DNA from: Acidobacteriota bacterium
Lineage (GTDB): Bacteria > Acidobacteriota > Terriglobia > Terriglobales > SCQP01
Assembly (NCBI GenBank): GCA_027315185.1
Contig: DAHUYO010000002.1
Location: 23,800 to 87,799, forward strand
DNA: 64,000 bases
Direction of reading: 5' to 3'
The number at the start of each line of letters is the position of its first letter. Position 1 is the first letter of the stretch. Made by a program: the position numbers and the translations under genes. Positions 28,971 through 41,044 of the stretch are shown here, in pieces. Below the pieces are notes generated by a model. That model made no database searches, was not told the DNA's origin, and saw only the letters and a program-made list of their open reading frames with translations.

Positions 28971-29477
28971 CTATTGTCTCCGATTCGAGTTCCCGCCATG
29001 CGGGTATCCAAAGTTTGGCGCGAGGATGAGGTGGCCATTCTTTTTGCGCGCGAACAGCCACTCCAGCAACATCCGGCGCCAGCGGGCGTAACGGCGCTGC
29101 ACCGCGGCGATGGCGGGCTGATCGGAAAAGCTGGCCTCTTGCCACAGGGCTCTAAGCCCATAGCTGATGCGCTGAAAGCGAATTTCCACATGGCGCATGC
29201 CGTCGCGCTTGCCGCGCCCAGCCTCGGCGCGCAGCAGCTGCATGCTTTCCGCGCCATGCCGCGCCAGCCGCTTCAGATTGCGATGGCCGGGCAAGGATTG
29301 GCTGGCCTCAAAACTGCGGCGCGCGCGCGCGAAGTCCATTTTGGCCAACTGGGCCAGCAACTCGGCGCGTTTGTGGCCATGCGCCTTGGCCGCCTTGGCT
29401 TGGAGCTGCGCATAGCTGGGGTGGGCCCAAAGGGGCAGCGCCAAAAGCAGAACGCTCAGCAGGATCGCGGTCCTCAT
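28971..29477 (-). CDS. hypothetical secreted protein
   Basis: Signal peptide MRTAILLSVLLLALPLWAHPSYA from ATG 29477. No family recognised. Confidence 0.55.
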   Translation of the reverse strand: MRTAILLSVLLLALPLWAHPSYAQLQAKAAKAHGHKRAELLAQLAKMDFARARRSFEASQSLPGHRNLKRLARHGAESMQLLRAEAGRGKRDGMRHVEIRFQRISYGLRALWQEASFSDQPAIAAVQRRYARWRRMLLEWLFARKKNGHLILAPNFGYPHGGNSNRRQ

Positions 29478-29568
29478 CTCCGCCTGTCTGCGATGCCGGC
29501 GGAGCGAGCCCCGCTGCGTCTCCTTGCTTCCCCCACGGTGGATGCGCCGAGCCTTCACCGCTCCCTCC

Positions 29569-30939
29569 TCAATGCCCCTGGACGATGAGGCGCAGCGTGA
29601 TCAGACGATGCCGCGCCTTGAAGTCCTCGTTGTAATGCCGCCCGTGATCGGCGGCCAGAAACGCCTCGTATTGCTGGATGGCGCGATGGTAATGGTGCAA
29701 GTGATCCCAACAAATCGCCCGCAGGAACTGCACCGGCCCGCTGGCGCCGGCCAGCGCGGCATAGCGGTTCAGCGCATCCAGCGCCGCCGGATATTGCTTT
29801 GTGCGGTACTCGGCGAAGCCCAGATCCCGCCAGGCCGGGGCCATCTTGGGCGCCAAGCGCACGGCCGCTCCCAAAGGCGGCGCCGCCTGCGCTTCCTGGC
29901 CGGCGAGCAGCAGGGCATGGCCCCATTGGTATTGCCGCCGCGGCGAGGCGGGCCGGGCGTGGGCCAATTGGGCAAAGTTGTCCGCCGCGGCGGCGTAACG
30001 ATGGGCTTCCATTTGCAGTTCCGCCAGCTCTTGCCGGGCGGTATCGTCACCGGGATTGCGCTGAAGCTCGGCGGCGAGCTGCCGCCGCGCGGCGGCGGAA
30101 TGGTGCTGGCGCACCAGCATCGCCGCCAGCCGGCGCTGCGCGACGGCATCGTCGGGCCGCAGGACGAGGTAGGCGCGGAGGGCGGTTTCCGCCCGCGGCC
30201 ATTGCCGGGCGCGGGCATAGGCGTCGGCCAGGGCGAGCTGCACCGGCGGGTTTTTGGGCTGTTGGCTCGCGGCCGCGGCCAGTTCCCGCGCCGCCGCGGC
30301 ATTGTCATCCGCCTGCAACAACAGCACGCCGGCATTGTAGGCGGCGGCGCCGGAACCGGGATCCAAGGCGGCGGATTGGCGATAGGCGGCGATGGCGGCG
30401 GCGCTTTGTCCCAGCGCCTGCCGCGCGCGGCCGAGTTCGAACCAGGGCTTGGCGTTCTTGGGCTGCAAGGCCGCCGCCGCGCGCAGCGGGGCCAGCGCCG
30501 ACTTGGGCTGATGCAGTTGCAGCAGGAGCAGACCGAGGTTGAGTTGCGCGGCGAAATGCTTGGGCGCGGCCTTCAGGCCCGCATGATAGGCGGCGACGGC
30601 CCGATGGGGATGCCCCAGCGCGGCTTCGGCATAGCCGAGAAACAACTGCGCCTGCGCCCGCGCCGGCGCGGGCGCAGGCGGATGGCCGGCCAGGAAGCGC
30701 CGCAGCGTTTGCACGGCGGCGGCAAAATCGTTTCGGCCCAGGGCCGCTTGGGCCTGCGCCAATCCGTGAGGATGCGCGCCACGCTTCAGTCCCTGGCCGC
30801 GCGCTTGCGCGCTGGGCCGTTGCGCGCCCGCGCCGGCGTGACCCGCCTGCGCGCTAGCGCCCATGTTTCCAGGGCGCCGCGGCCGGCCCATCGCAGGGAC
30901 CAGCGCCAGCATTGCCGCCAACAGCCAGCAACCCACCAT
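29569..30939 (-). CDS. tetratricopeptide (TPR) repeat protein, secreted/anchored
   Basis: N-terminal hydrophobic MVGCWLLAAMLALVPA, then many A..Y..AL..P....A...LG repeats. ATG 30939 lies just downstream of the uvrA stop (30945). Confidence 0.8.
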   Translation of the reverse strand: MVGCWLLAAMLALVPAMGRPRRPGNMGASAQAGHAGAGAQRPSAQARGQGLKRGAHPHGLAQAQAALGRNDFAAAVQTLRRFLAGHPPAPAPARAQAQLFLGYAEAALGHPHRAVAAYHAGLKAAPKHFAAQLNLGLLLLQLHQPKSALAPLRAAAALQPKNAKPWFELGRARQALGQSAAAIAAYRQSAALDPGSGAAAYNAGVLLLQADDNAAAARELAAAASQQPKNPPVQLALADAYARARQWPRAETALRAYLVLRPDDAVAQRRLAAMLVRQHHSAAARRQLAAELQRNPGDDTARQELAELQMEAHRYAAAADNFAQLAHARPASPRRQYQWGHALLLAGQEAQAAPPLGAAVRLAPKMAPAWRDLGFAEYRTKQYPAALDALNRYAALAGASGPVQFLRAICWDHLHHYHRAIQQYEAFLAADHGRHYNEDFKARHRLITLRLIVQGH

Positions 30940-30944
30940 CGCCC

Positions 30945-33902
<2,958 letters not shown>

Positions 33903-33960
33903 AGCCGGAAATTCGCCCCCACCCCAAACCTTCAATTATAACGGGCGGCGGTCGGCGGCT

Positions 33961-35460
33961 TCAGGCGCGGTCCGCGGCGGCGGGCGCGGCGAATGGCCAT
34001 TCCCGCCGCCGCGCCGCCCGCCACAAATACAGCACCACGCCGGCGGCGGCGATGGCGATGGCGAGAAACAGCTGCTGGCCGAAGGCGTGGCGGGAAACCA
34101 CGACGTAGAGGAACCCGACGATGGCCACGACGACGGGGATCGGATACAGCCACATGCGGAATGGCCGCGGCGTTTCCGGATGCTTCCAGCGCAGCCACAG
34201 CAGCCCGAACTGTTGCAGCGAAAACTGGAGCAGCACGCGAATGACCACCAGCGCGGCGATGACCTGCGCCAACTGGAAGAAGCAAAACGCCATCGCCGTC
34301 AGGCCCATCGCCACCAGGGAAACATGGGGGAATTTATGGCGGGGATGCAGGCGCTGGAAGCTCTTGAAGAAATTGCCATCCAGGGCAGCGGCGTAGGGCA
34401 CGCGGGAGTAGCCGAGCAACAGGGAAAAAATGGAGCCGAAGGCGGTCCAGATGATCAGCAGCGTCACGGCGTCCGCGGCCCAGGAGCCGTAGATGCGCTG
34501 CATCATCACCGAAACCACCGACAGCTGGGCGCTGGCCCGGCCGCCCGACAGCATCTCCCGCCACGGCACCACGCCCAGCAGGCTGATGTTCATGACGATG
34601 TAGATGGCCGCCACCGCCAGAATGGAATAAATGACCGCGCGGGGAATGTTGCGCTCCGGGTCGCGCACCTCGCCGCCCAAATAACAGATGTTGTAGTAGC
34701 CCCAGTAGTCGTAGATCGAGATCAGCAGCGCGCCGCCCAGGCCGAGAAAGAAACCGCTGGAGAAGCGGAAGGCGCCGGGGGGAAAGCTGAAGGCGCGATG
34801 GGCGTCGAAGTGGGTGACGCCGGCGAAGACGATCCAGGCCACGGTCAGCAGCACGCCGCCGCACAGGAACTGCGTCACCCGCCCGACGCCGCTGATGTTG
34901 CGATACAGCAGCAGCATCGCCAGGCCGCAGACGCCGATCGCCGCCAGCGTGCCGGCCGTCACCGCCAGATGCGCGTGAATGGCGCCGCCCAGCGGCAGAG
35001 GCAGGGCGAAGGTGTGCTGGAACCAGACGCGGCGCAGCGGCGGGAAAAGATAGCTGGCGTAGTCGGCCAAGCCAATGCAGCCGGTGGCGATGGAAAGCGG
35101 GGCGCTAAAGCTGAGCTGCCAGATGAACAAAAACGAGACCAGCCGGCCCAAGCCCGAGGCCCCATAGATTTGCTTCAGGTATTCATAAGGACCGCCGGCG
35201 CGCGGCATGGAGGCGCCGAGTTCAGCGCTGACCAGCCCGTCGCAAAGGGCCAACAGCGCGCCCAGGATCCAGCCCAGCATGGCCTGCGGACCGCCCATGG
35301 CGGCGACGATCAGCGGGATGGTAATGAACGGCCCGACGCCGATCATGTCGAGCATGTTCAGCGCCACCGCGCCGCCCAGGCCCATGCCGCGCTCCAAATG
35401 GGGGCGGGCGGCGGGCTCCGCCGGAGCATTCACAGGAACCGGATTGGCGGGACGTTCCAT
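33961..35460 (-). CDS. APC family amino acid permease
   Basis: MLDMIGVGPFITIPLI...LVSAELGASMPRAGGPYEYL, with 12 or more hydrophobic segments. Start ATG 35460. The upstream part of the track ORF is not protein-like. Confidence 0.88.
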   Translation of the reverse strand: MERPANPVPVNAPAEPAARPHLERGMGLGGAVALNMLDMIGVGPFITIPLIVAAMGGPQAMLGWILGALLALCDGLVSAELGASMPRAGGPYEYLKQIYGASGLGRLVSFLFIWQLSFSAPLSIATGCIGLADYASYLFPPLRRVWFQHTFALPLPLGGAIHAHLAVTAGTLAAIGVCGLAMLLLYRNISGVGRVTQFLCGGVLLTVAWIVFAGVTHFDAHRAFSFPPGAFRFSSGFFLGLGGALLISIYDYWGYYNICYLGGEVRDPERNIPRAVIYSILAVAAIYIVMNISLLGVVPWREMLSGGRASAQLSVVSVMMQRIYGSWAADAVTLLIIWTAFGSIFSLLLGYSRVPYAAALDGNFFKSFQRLHPRHKFPHVSLVAMGLTAMAFCFFQLAQVIAALVVIRVLLQFSLQQFGLLWLRWKHPETPRPFRMWLYPIPVVVAIVGFLYVVVSRHAFGQQLFLAIAIAAAGVVLYLWRAARRREWPFAAPAAADRA

Positions 35461-35556
35461 CGGCGCGAACAGGACCGCGGGCGAATCCCTTGAGCATAAC
35501 CCCCGCCCGCCAGCCGCCCCGCAGGCTATAATCGCCCCGTCGCCAGGAGAGGCCCA

Positions 35557-37233
35557 ATGCGCCATCATCGGCTCACTGCCGGTTGGATCACCGCCATCCT
35601 GCTGGCTGCGGGCGCCTTCGCCGCGCCGCGGCCGCCCCGCCATCCGTTCGACATCGTGATCACCGGCGGCCACATCTATGACGGCACCGGCTCGCCGTGG
35701 TACTCCGGCGACATCGGCATCCGTGACGGCCGCATCGCCGCCATCGGCGATCTGCGCGGCGCGCCGCGGCGGAAGACTATTGGCGCCCGCGGCCTGGCGG
35801 TCGCGCCGGGCTTCATTGACATGCTCGACCAATCGGGCCGCAGCATCCTCCGCCATTCCCGACTGGTGTCAAAAATCTACCAGGGCATCACGACCGTGGT
35901 CACCGGCGAGGGCACGTCGGTGGCGCCGCGCTGGCCCGGCGCCCACGGCCGCGGCGCCGCCGGACCCGGCTGGACGACGTTTGCCCAGTACTTCGCCCAG
36001 ATCCAGCGCCGCCGCATCGGCGTCAACTTGGCCAGCTTTGTCGGCGCGGCCACGGTGCGGGAAATGGTTCTCGGCGATGGCGACGTGCAGCCGACGGCGG
36101 CGCAGCTGCGGCGCATGCAGGCGCTGGTGCGCCAGGCCATGCGCGACGGCGCGGTCGGGCTTTCCACCGCACTGCAATATCCCCCAGCCCCATTCGCCAA
36201 AACGCCGGAGCTGATCGCGCTGGCCCGCGCCGCCTCCGAATACGGCGGCATCTACGCCACCCACCTGCGCAGCGAAGGCGCCAAGGAGCCGCAGGCGGTG
36301 GCCGAAGCCATCCGCATCGGCCGGGAGGCGCATATTCCCGTCGAGATTTTCCACATCAAGGAGGCCGGGCACGCCAACTGGGGCAAAATGCCGCAACTCG
36401 TCGCCCAAATTGACGCCGCCCGCGCCGCCGGCGTGGACATCTTCGCCAGCACCTACGCCTACACCGCCTGGTCCAACGGCCTGTCTTCCTTCATTCCGCC
36501 CTGGGCGCACATCGGCGGCGCGGCGGCGCTGGTGCGCAATCTCCGCAACCCGGCGACGCGCGCCCGCATTCGCGCCGACTTGCTGAACCCCGCCAGTTGG
36601 GGCAACAACGATTGGCAGGAAATACCGGGGCCCCAAGCCGTGGAGATCGTCGGCGTGCACAATCCGGCGCTGCGGCGTTTTGAAGGCGAGCGCCTCTCGC
36701 AAGTGGCCGCCGCCTGGCATGAGGACGCGATGGACGCGCTCTTCGATTTCCTGATCAAGGATGACGCGCAAACCTCCGTCGCCGTGTTCGGCATGAGCGA
36801 GCCGGATGTCGAACTGGCCCTGCGCCAGCCCTGGGTCTCCATCTGCACCGACGCCACCGGCACTTCGCCTTCCCCCACCGCGCACCCGCATCCGCGCGCC
36901 TACGGCACCTTCCCCCGCATCCTGCGGAAATATGTCCGGCAGGATCACCTGCTGACCTTGGCCGACGCCATCCGCAAGATGACCGCCCTGCCGGCGGCGC
37001 AAATGCGATTCAGCGATCGCGGCGTCATCAAGCGCGGCATGTGGGCGGACCTGGTCGTCTTCAATCCAACCACCATCCGCGACCGCGCCACCTACAACCA
37101 TCCCCAGCATTTCGCCCAAGGCATGGAATGGGTGCTGGTGAACGGCGTGCCGGTCATCGCGCAGGGAAAAATGACCGGCGCCCTGCCGGGCCGCGTGCTG
37201 CGCGGCCCGGGGTATCGCTCGCCCGCGCCTTGA
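35557..37233 (+). CDS. N-acyl-D-amino-acid deacylase (D-aminoacylase) family amidohydrolase, secreted
   Basis: Signal-like N-terminus, DIVITGGHIYDGTGSPWYSGDIGIRDGRIAAIGDL, GFIDMLD, and a C-terminal VLVNGVPV block. GGAGAGG RBS. Confidence 0.88.
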   Translation: MRHHRLTAGWITAILLAAGAFAAPRPPRHPFDIVITGGHIYDGTGSPWYSGDIGIRDGRIAAIGDLRGAPRRKTIGARGLAVAPGFIDMLDQSGRSILRHSRLVSKIYQGITTVVTGEGTSVAPRWPGAHGRGAAGPGWTTFAQYFAQIQRRRIGVNLASFVGAATVREMVLGDGDVQPTAAQLRRMQALVRQAMRDGAVGLSTALQYPPAPFAKTPELIALARAASEYGGIYATHLRSEGAKEPQAVAEAIRIGREAHIPVEIFHIKEAGHANWGKMPQLVAQIDAARAAGVDIFASTYAYTAWSNGLSSFIPPWAHIGGAAALVRNLRNPATRARIRADLLNPASWGNNDWQEIPGPQAVEIVGVHNPALRRFEGERLSQVAAAWHEDAMDALFDFLIKDDAQTSVAVFGMSEPDVELALRQPWVSICTDATGTSPSPTAHPHPRAYGTFPRILRKYVRQDHLLTLADAIRKMTALPAAQMRFSDRGVIKRGMWADLVVFNPTTIRDRATYNHPQHFAQGMEWVLVNGVPVIAQGKMTGALPGRVLRGPGYRSPAP

Positions 37234-37320
37234 GATTCGGCTGCGCCGTGCGGTTTCCGCGCCGCCCGCCGCGCCCGCAGCGGCCGTGCGCGTCGGGCCT
37301 TCGCGCGACCCTGAGGGGCG

Positions 37321-38148
37321 TCACCGCCGGCACATGGGCGGACGCGTGCGGGGGCGATTTGTGGGCCCGCGCCTATTGCCTATCCGATGACGGGCGGCGC
37401 GTTTTTCGATGGCGGCGATCGCCCGCTGGGCTTGGCTGCAAATGTCGTAGCTGCGGTGGGGATGGCAGGTGGGGTCGGAACCGGCAACGCGGCGGAGCAC
37501 AGCAATGTCCGCCGGCGTGCCCACCAGGCCGAGGGCCCATACCGCGGTGAAGCGGACGGAGATGGAGCGGCCCCGCGCCGCCGCGCGCAGCTGGCCTAGC
37601 GCCCATTTCTCCTGAGCCGCCGTAAGGGGATGCCGGATTTTTCCCTCCGCCTGACGCTGAAGCATGAACGCCAGCACGCCGATCGCCTGGGCCCGCCAGG
37701 GATCCAGCGGGTCCGCTAGTAGCCTCCGTACCGCAGGCAGGGCCCTGGCGCCCTCGGCGGAAACGTCGAACGCAAACGCGCGCCGTGGGTCGTGAGCACC
37801 GAAGATCAAGGCGCGCAGGATAAACGGATCGCGAAAGCCGAAAGCCTTCTGCACGACGTCGGAAAGCTCGGCGCCCAGCTCGGCGAGGCCCTCTGGCGTC
37901 TCCCGGCCGCAGGAAAAGTTGGCCCGGAAAATGCGGTTATCTCCGGCAAGGACGCGCGCCAGCGCCCGGCCCACTGCGGGGTTTCGGAGCATCCGCTTGT
38001 CGCGGACGAGTTCGCGCTGGCCCTTGGCTCGCGTCGCCAGGTTCCGCGACGCCACCATCGCCAGGATCCTGTGCTGAGCGGCGGTAATCGCAGCGCTGGG
38101 CGGCGACTGTAACGCCAACGCCGCGCCGAGAAGAGCGGCTGCGATCAT
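37321..38148 (-). CDS. hypothetical secreted all-alpha (HEAT/ARM-like) protein; candidate partner of orphan tip CT3
   Basis: Signal peptide MIAAALLGAALALQSPPSAA from ATG 38148 (GGGGGGA upstream; alternatives are 38184 and 38229). Helical repeat-like composition. Unrelated to partners A and B. Confidence 0.5.
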   Translation of the reverse strand: MIAAALLGAALALQSPPSAAITAAQHRILAMVASRNLATRAKGQRELVRDKRMLRNPAVGRALARVLAGDNRIFRANFSCGRETPEGLAELGAELSDVVQKAFGFRDPFILRALIFGAHDPRRAFAFDVSAEGARALPAVRRLLADPLDPWRAQAIGVLAFMLQRQAEGKIRHPLTAAQEKWALGQLRAAARGRSISVRFTAVWALGLVGTPADIAVLRRVAGSDPTCHPHRSYDICSQAQRAIAAIEKRAARHRIGNRRGPTNRPRTRPPMCRR

Positions 38149-38422
38149 ATGTCCCCCCGCCGTCAGAACCCGACCCGCCGCCATTCGGGCCCCATTTCGC
38201 TGGGCAGCCGCCGGAGCGCCAGTCGGCATGAAGGTGGTTGAGGCTTGACTCGTTCTCCGGCTCCGCGCAAGCTCCGGCGTCCCAGGCGTCAGCGTGGAGC
38301 GTTCCACATGGCCTGGTCGCCAAAGGTCGCAAAATCTATGGCGGTGCCGAACATGTGCTGGCGATCCGCCGTGCCGCCGATCGCCGCGTTGTGCGCGGGG
38401 TTGCGGTAGCCGCTCATTGCGG

Positions 38423-38784
38423 TCAGGGGGTGCCTCCGTTGTCCGCCCGCGTCGCCTCAATGCCCGCGAGAAGCGAGGACCGCAAAATGGCGCAGGTGTA
38501 ATCTTCGCTGACCGTCAGCTCGGCGACGCTGAAATTCGCCGTCGAGGCGTTGTTGGTGAAGTCCGAACAGTTGGGGACGAAGGGCACGCCGTTCTGCTCC
38601 ACGTTGTAGGTAATGTATTCCTGAACCAGCGCGCCCCGGTTGCCGCTCTGCGGGCTGGGCGGGTCGCCGCAGAGCGTCACCGTCGCCGGCGGCGGCGGGC
38701 TGAGGGTGACCGGAGCGGAGTAGCGGCTCGAGGAATCGTCGTAACCGTAGCAGCCAACTCCGCCCAGCCTGATGGGCTCAGGCC
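38423..38784 (-). other. orphan C-terminal cassette 3 (short constant stub plus unrelated tip CT3) of the polymorphic locus
   Basis: It begins immediately after the partner B stop (38785-38787). It encodes ...PIRLGGVGCYGYDDSSSRYSAPVTLSPPPPATVT, which matches ITLGGVNCYGAYDTSSCYSAPVTLSPPPPATVT of the main gene. This is followed by the novel tail LCGDPPSPQSGNRGALVQEYITYNVEQNGVPFVPNCSDFTNNASTANFSVAELTVSEDYTCAILRSSLLAGIEATRADNGGTP*. The track ORF is 38423-38863 from a GTG. Confidence 0.65.
38676..38724 (-). repeat. 49-bp third copy of the constant-region repeat (orphan cassette 3)
   Basis: gtcaccgtcgccggcggcggcgggctgagggtgaccggagcggagtagc matches 41746-41794 with 1 mismatch. Weaker similarity continues to about 38775. 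Confidence 0.85.
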
Positions 38785-39531
38785 TCACGTGCCGCCACCT
38801 GGGTGGCTGCTCGCAGAGACCCCCGGGATCGGCGGGGCCGGGGCCTGCGCCAGCGGGATCCACCGCCAGCTCGCCAGGCCGCCCATGGCGTCGCCCCGGG
38901 TTCTCGGGAGCCTCGGGAACACGACCACGGAGGAGAATTGCGGGGCACTGCGCATTGCGAGTGACAACACCCTGCGGACCATGACGTGCTCAAGAGTGCG
39001 GCGCGGAAGCTGACAGCCGAGGCCGGGCAGTGTCGGGCCGGCGATGACCATGGCGCCCGGTAGGGATGGTGAGGCCGCGGTGAGCTCGGTCAATTGCGGC
39101 AGGAACAACCCAACCGGCCCCGCCAGACGGACACGCGGCAGGCGCCAATTTAGAAAATTCTGCCGCCGCCGCCGGAGCGGGCCGTAGGTAAACCACGCGA
39201 CTCCGCCGCGCCGGCGCCAGGAGTATCCCGGGGCGGCGGCCGCCAGCTCCCCGAGAAGGGCGGCGGGCGTGAGCCTGCCGGCGGGGATTTTGGCCTGCGG
39301 GACCGGTGCGACCGAGACGATAGATACGGGGATCCCCGCTCGGTGGGCGATGTCCAAAATGGCCGAATCCAGCCGTAAAGTGCGCGCCGACCACGTGAGC
39401 GGGCGCCGGAGGCGGAGAGCGACGGCACGCTTCAGGCCGGCGGGGCCGCACGGTAGGGACGGAGGCGTGCCCCGCGCGGCGCGGGGAACCAGCAGTGCGG
39501 CGGCAAGCAGCGGTGCGCAGGCTCGCATCAT
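38785..39531 (-). CDS. small secreted partner protein B (paralogue of A) of orphan cassette 2
   Basis: The start ATGATG overlaps the TGA of cassette 2 (CAATGATG). Signal peptide MMRACAPLLAAALLVPRAARG. Blocks shared with A: LTWSARTLRLDSAILDIAHRAGIPVS, LTPAALLGELAAAAPGYSW, QNFLNWRL and ASWRWIPL. Confidence 0.75.
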   Translation of the reverse strand: MMRACAPLLAAALLVPRAARGTPPSLPCGPAGLKRAVALRLRRPLTWSARTLRLDSAILDIAHRAGIPVSIVSVAPVPQAKIPAGRLTPAALLGELAAAAPGYSWRRRGGVAWFTYGPLRRRRQNFLNWRLPRVRLAGPVGLFLPQLTELTAASPSLPGAMVIAGPTLPGLGCQLPRRTLEHVMVRRVLSLAMRSAPQFSSVVVFPRLPRTRGDAMGGLASWRWIPLAQAPAPPIPGVSASSHPGGGT

Positions 39532-40295
39532 TGCCCGTTCACGGTAATCTGCGCGCAAGCGTAGCCGAGCGCGTTGGTACGGACGCCGACGCCGTTCGCG
39601 GATATGGTCTGCGTAACGCTGAGGGCGCACGAACCGGCGGGCGGGCAGCTCCCCGTGGAGCAGGCCGTGGAGCAGAGCGCCAGCGTGTCCGCGCTGGCGA
39701 AGTCGCCGTTGGAGTCGGTGGCCGTTTGCGTGGCGACGGGCATGCCTGTTTGCGTGCCGCAGCTGTCCGATCCCGGGACAAAGCCCTCCGCGATCGGGAT
39801 GCGGGCGATGCCAATCGCCCCGAGGGCGTCGCGCAACTGATACTCGATTTGTCGTTCGGCGCCGCAGGGATAGCCCCCGTCCGCAGCGCTGCACGGGAAG
39901 GTCATCTGCGTCCCTGTGTCGCCCACCACGCCCAGGCTCGTCGGGTCGCGGACGGTGATCCCGCTGACGGGAACCGAAGCGCTCTCGCCCGCGGTGGTGT
40001 AGTCGAGCGTGATCGTCGTGTCGCCAACGGCGCTGCTTTCGGCGGCGGCGCTGTAGGTGATCGTCGCGCCGCTCCCCGACAGGCCCACGGTGCCCTTGTT
40101 GGCACTCCAGGCGTGGCTGCCGCCGCTGGGGTCAACCGAGGCCGTACACGTGCCGGAGGTGTCGAACGCCCCTGTCCCTGTGCCCATAACCAATGTGGCG
40201 GCGCTACAGGCCACGGATACGCTGGGCGTCACCGTCGCCGGCGGCGGAGGGCTGGTCGGCGGCCGGAGCGCTGACCCTACCGGGGTGCGGGACAT
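39528..40295 (-). other. orphan C-terminal cassette 2 (constant region copy plus tip CT2)
   Basis: It encodes PPPPATVTPSVSVACSAATLVMGTGTGAFDTSGTCTASVDPSGGSHAWSANKG...ITVRDPTSL, which differs from the main gene by one residue (H for Y). A diverged Cys-rich tip follows, ending ...YACAQITVNGQ*. An in-frame ATG at 40295 overlaps the partner A 3' end, so independent translation is possible but unproven. Confidence 0.7.
39933..40254 (-). repeat. 322-bp direct repeat, copy 2 (constant region of orphan cassette 2)
   Basis: Aligned by hand to 41449-41770 at a constant offset of 1516 bp. I counted 6 mismatches in 322 bp. Confidence 0.9.
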
Positions 40296-41044
40296 GGGGA
40301 CGGAGCGCAGATTGGATGAAGGTTGTAAATCGGCGATTGCGTGAACGGGATCCACTGCCAGCTGGAGAGGGCCGCCTCGATGTCGGCTCGGCTGAACGGC
40401 GGCGCGTGGGGAAACGTCATCTGGGAGGTGAAGCTGGGGTTGTGGGAGAGCACCATGCGCAATATCGCGCCCGCGGTCGCTCCATGCATCGTGGCGGGCG
40501 CCAGCGGCCGCCCCGGGAGCTGCGGCAAAAAGCCTTCGATGGGCGCAGTCGGCTTCTCGCCCGGGTTGATGTTCCACAGCGCCTGGCCGAGCCAAAGAAG
40601 ATTGTCCCCCGGGTTGGGGCGGACTGAGTAGGTCGCCAACTTCCAGTTGAGCGGGTTCTGCGGGCTGCGGGACAACTGCGCGGCATAGAACCGGACCACC
40701 CCGCCCGCCGCGTCCCAGGCGTACCCTGGCGCCGCGCCGGCAAAGCGCCCGAGCAGCGCCGCCGGCGCGAGTTCCGCCTGCGGGACCTGCACCACCGGCA
40801 GCGGCTGCTCCAGCAGCATGGACACCGGAATTCCGGACCGGCGGGCGACGTGCCGGACCGCGCGGTCCAACGGCAGGTGGCGCGCGCTCCAGCGGAGCGG
40901 CTCCCTTAGTCGCGCCGCGACGCAGGCGCCGTCATTGGGAGGGCATGGCGGGGGCAGTACCCGGTCAGCGGCGGCCGGCGAGCGGGCCAGCGGCGCGGAC
41001 CACAAGATGAACAGGGCCAACGCCCGCGTGAGGTCCGTCCTCAT
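40277..41044 (-). CDS. small secreted partner protein A (candidate immunity/chaperone) of main tip CT1
   Basis: The ATG overlaps the main-gene stop (CAATGA). Signal peptide MRTDLTRALALFILWSAPLARSPAAA. Length 255 aa. Homologous to partner B. Confidence 0.75.
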   Translation of the reverse strand: MRTDLTRALALFILWSAPLARSPAAADRVLPPPCPPNDGACVAARLREPLRWSARHLPLDRAVRHVARRSGIPVSMLLEQPLPVVQVPQAELAPAALLGRFAGAAPGYAWDAAGGVVRFYAAQLSRSPQNPLNWKLATYSVRPNPGDNLLWLGQALWNINPGEKPTAPIEGFLPQLPGRPLAPATMHGATAGAILRMVLSHNPSFTSQMTFPHAPPFSRADIEAALSSWQWIPFTQSPIYNLHPICAPSPCPAPR

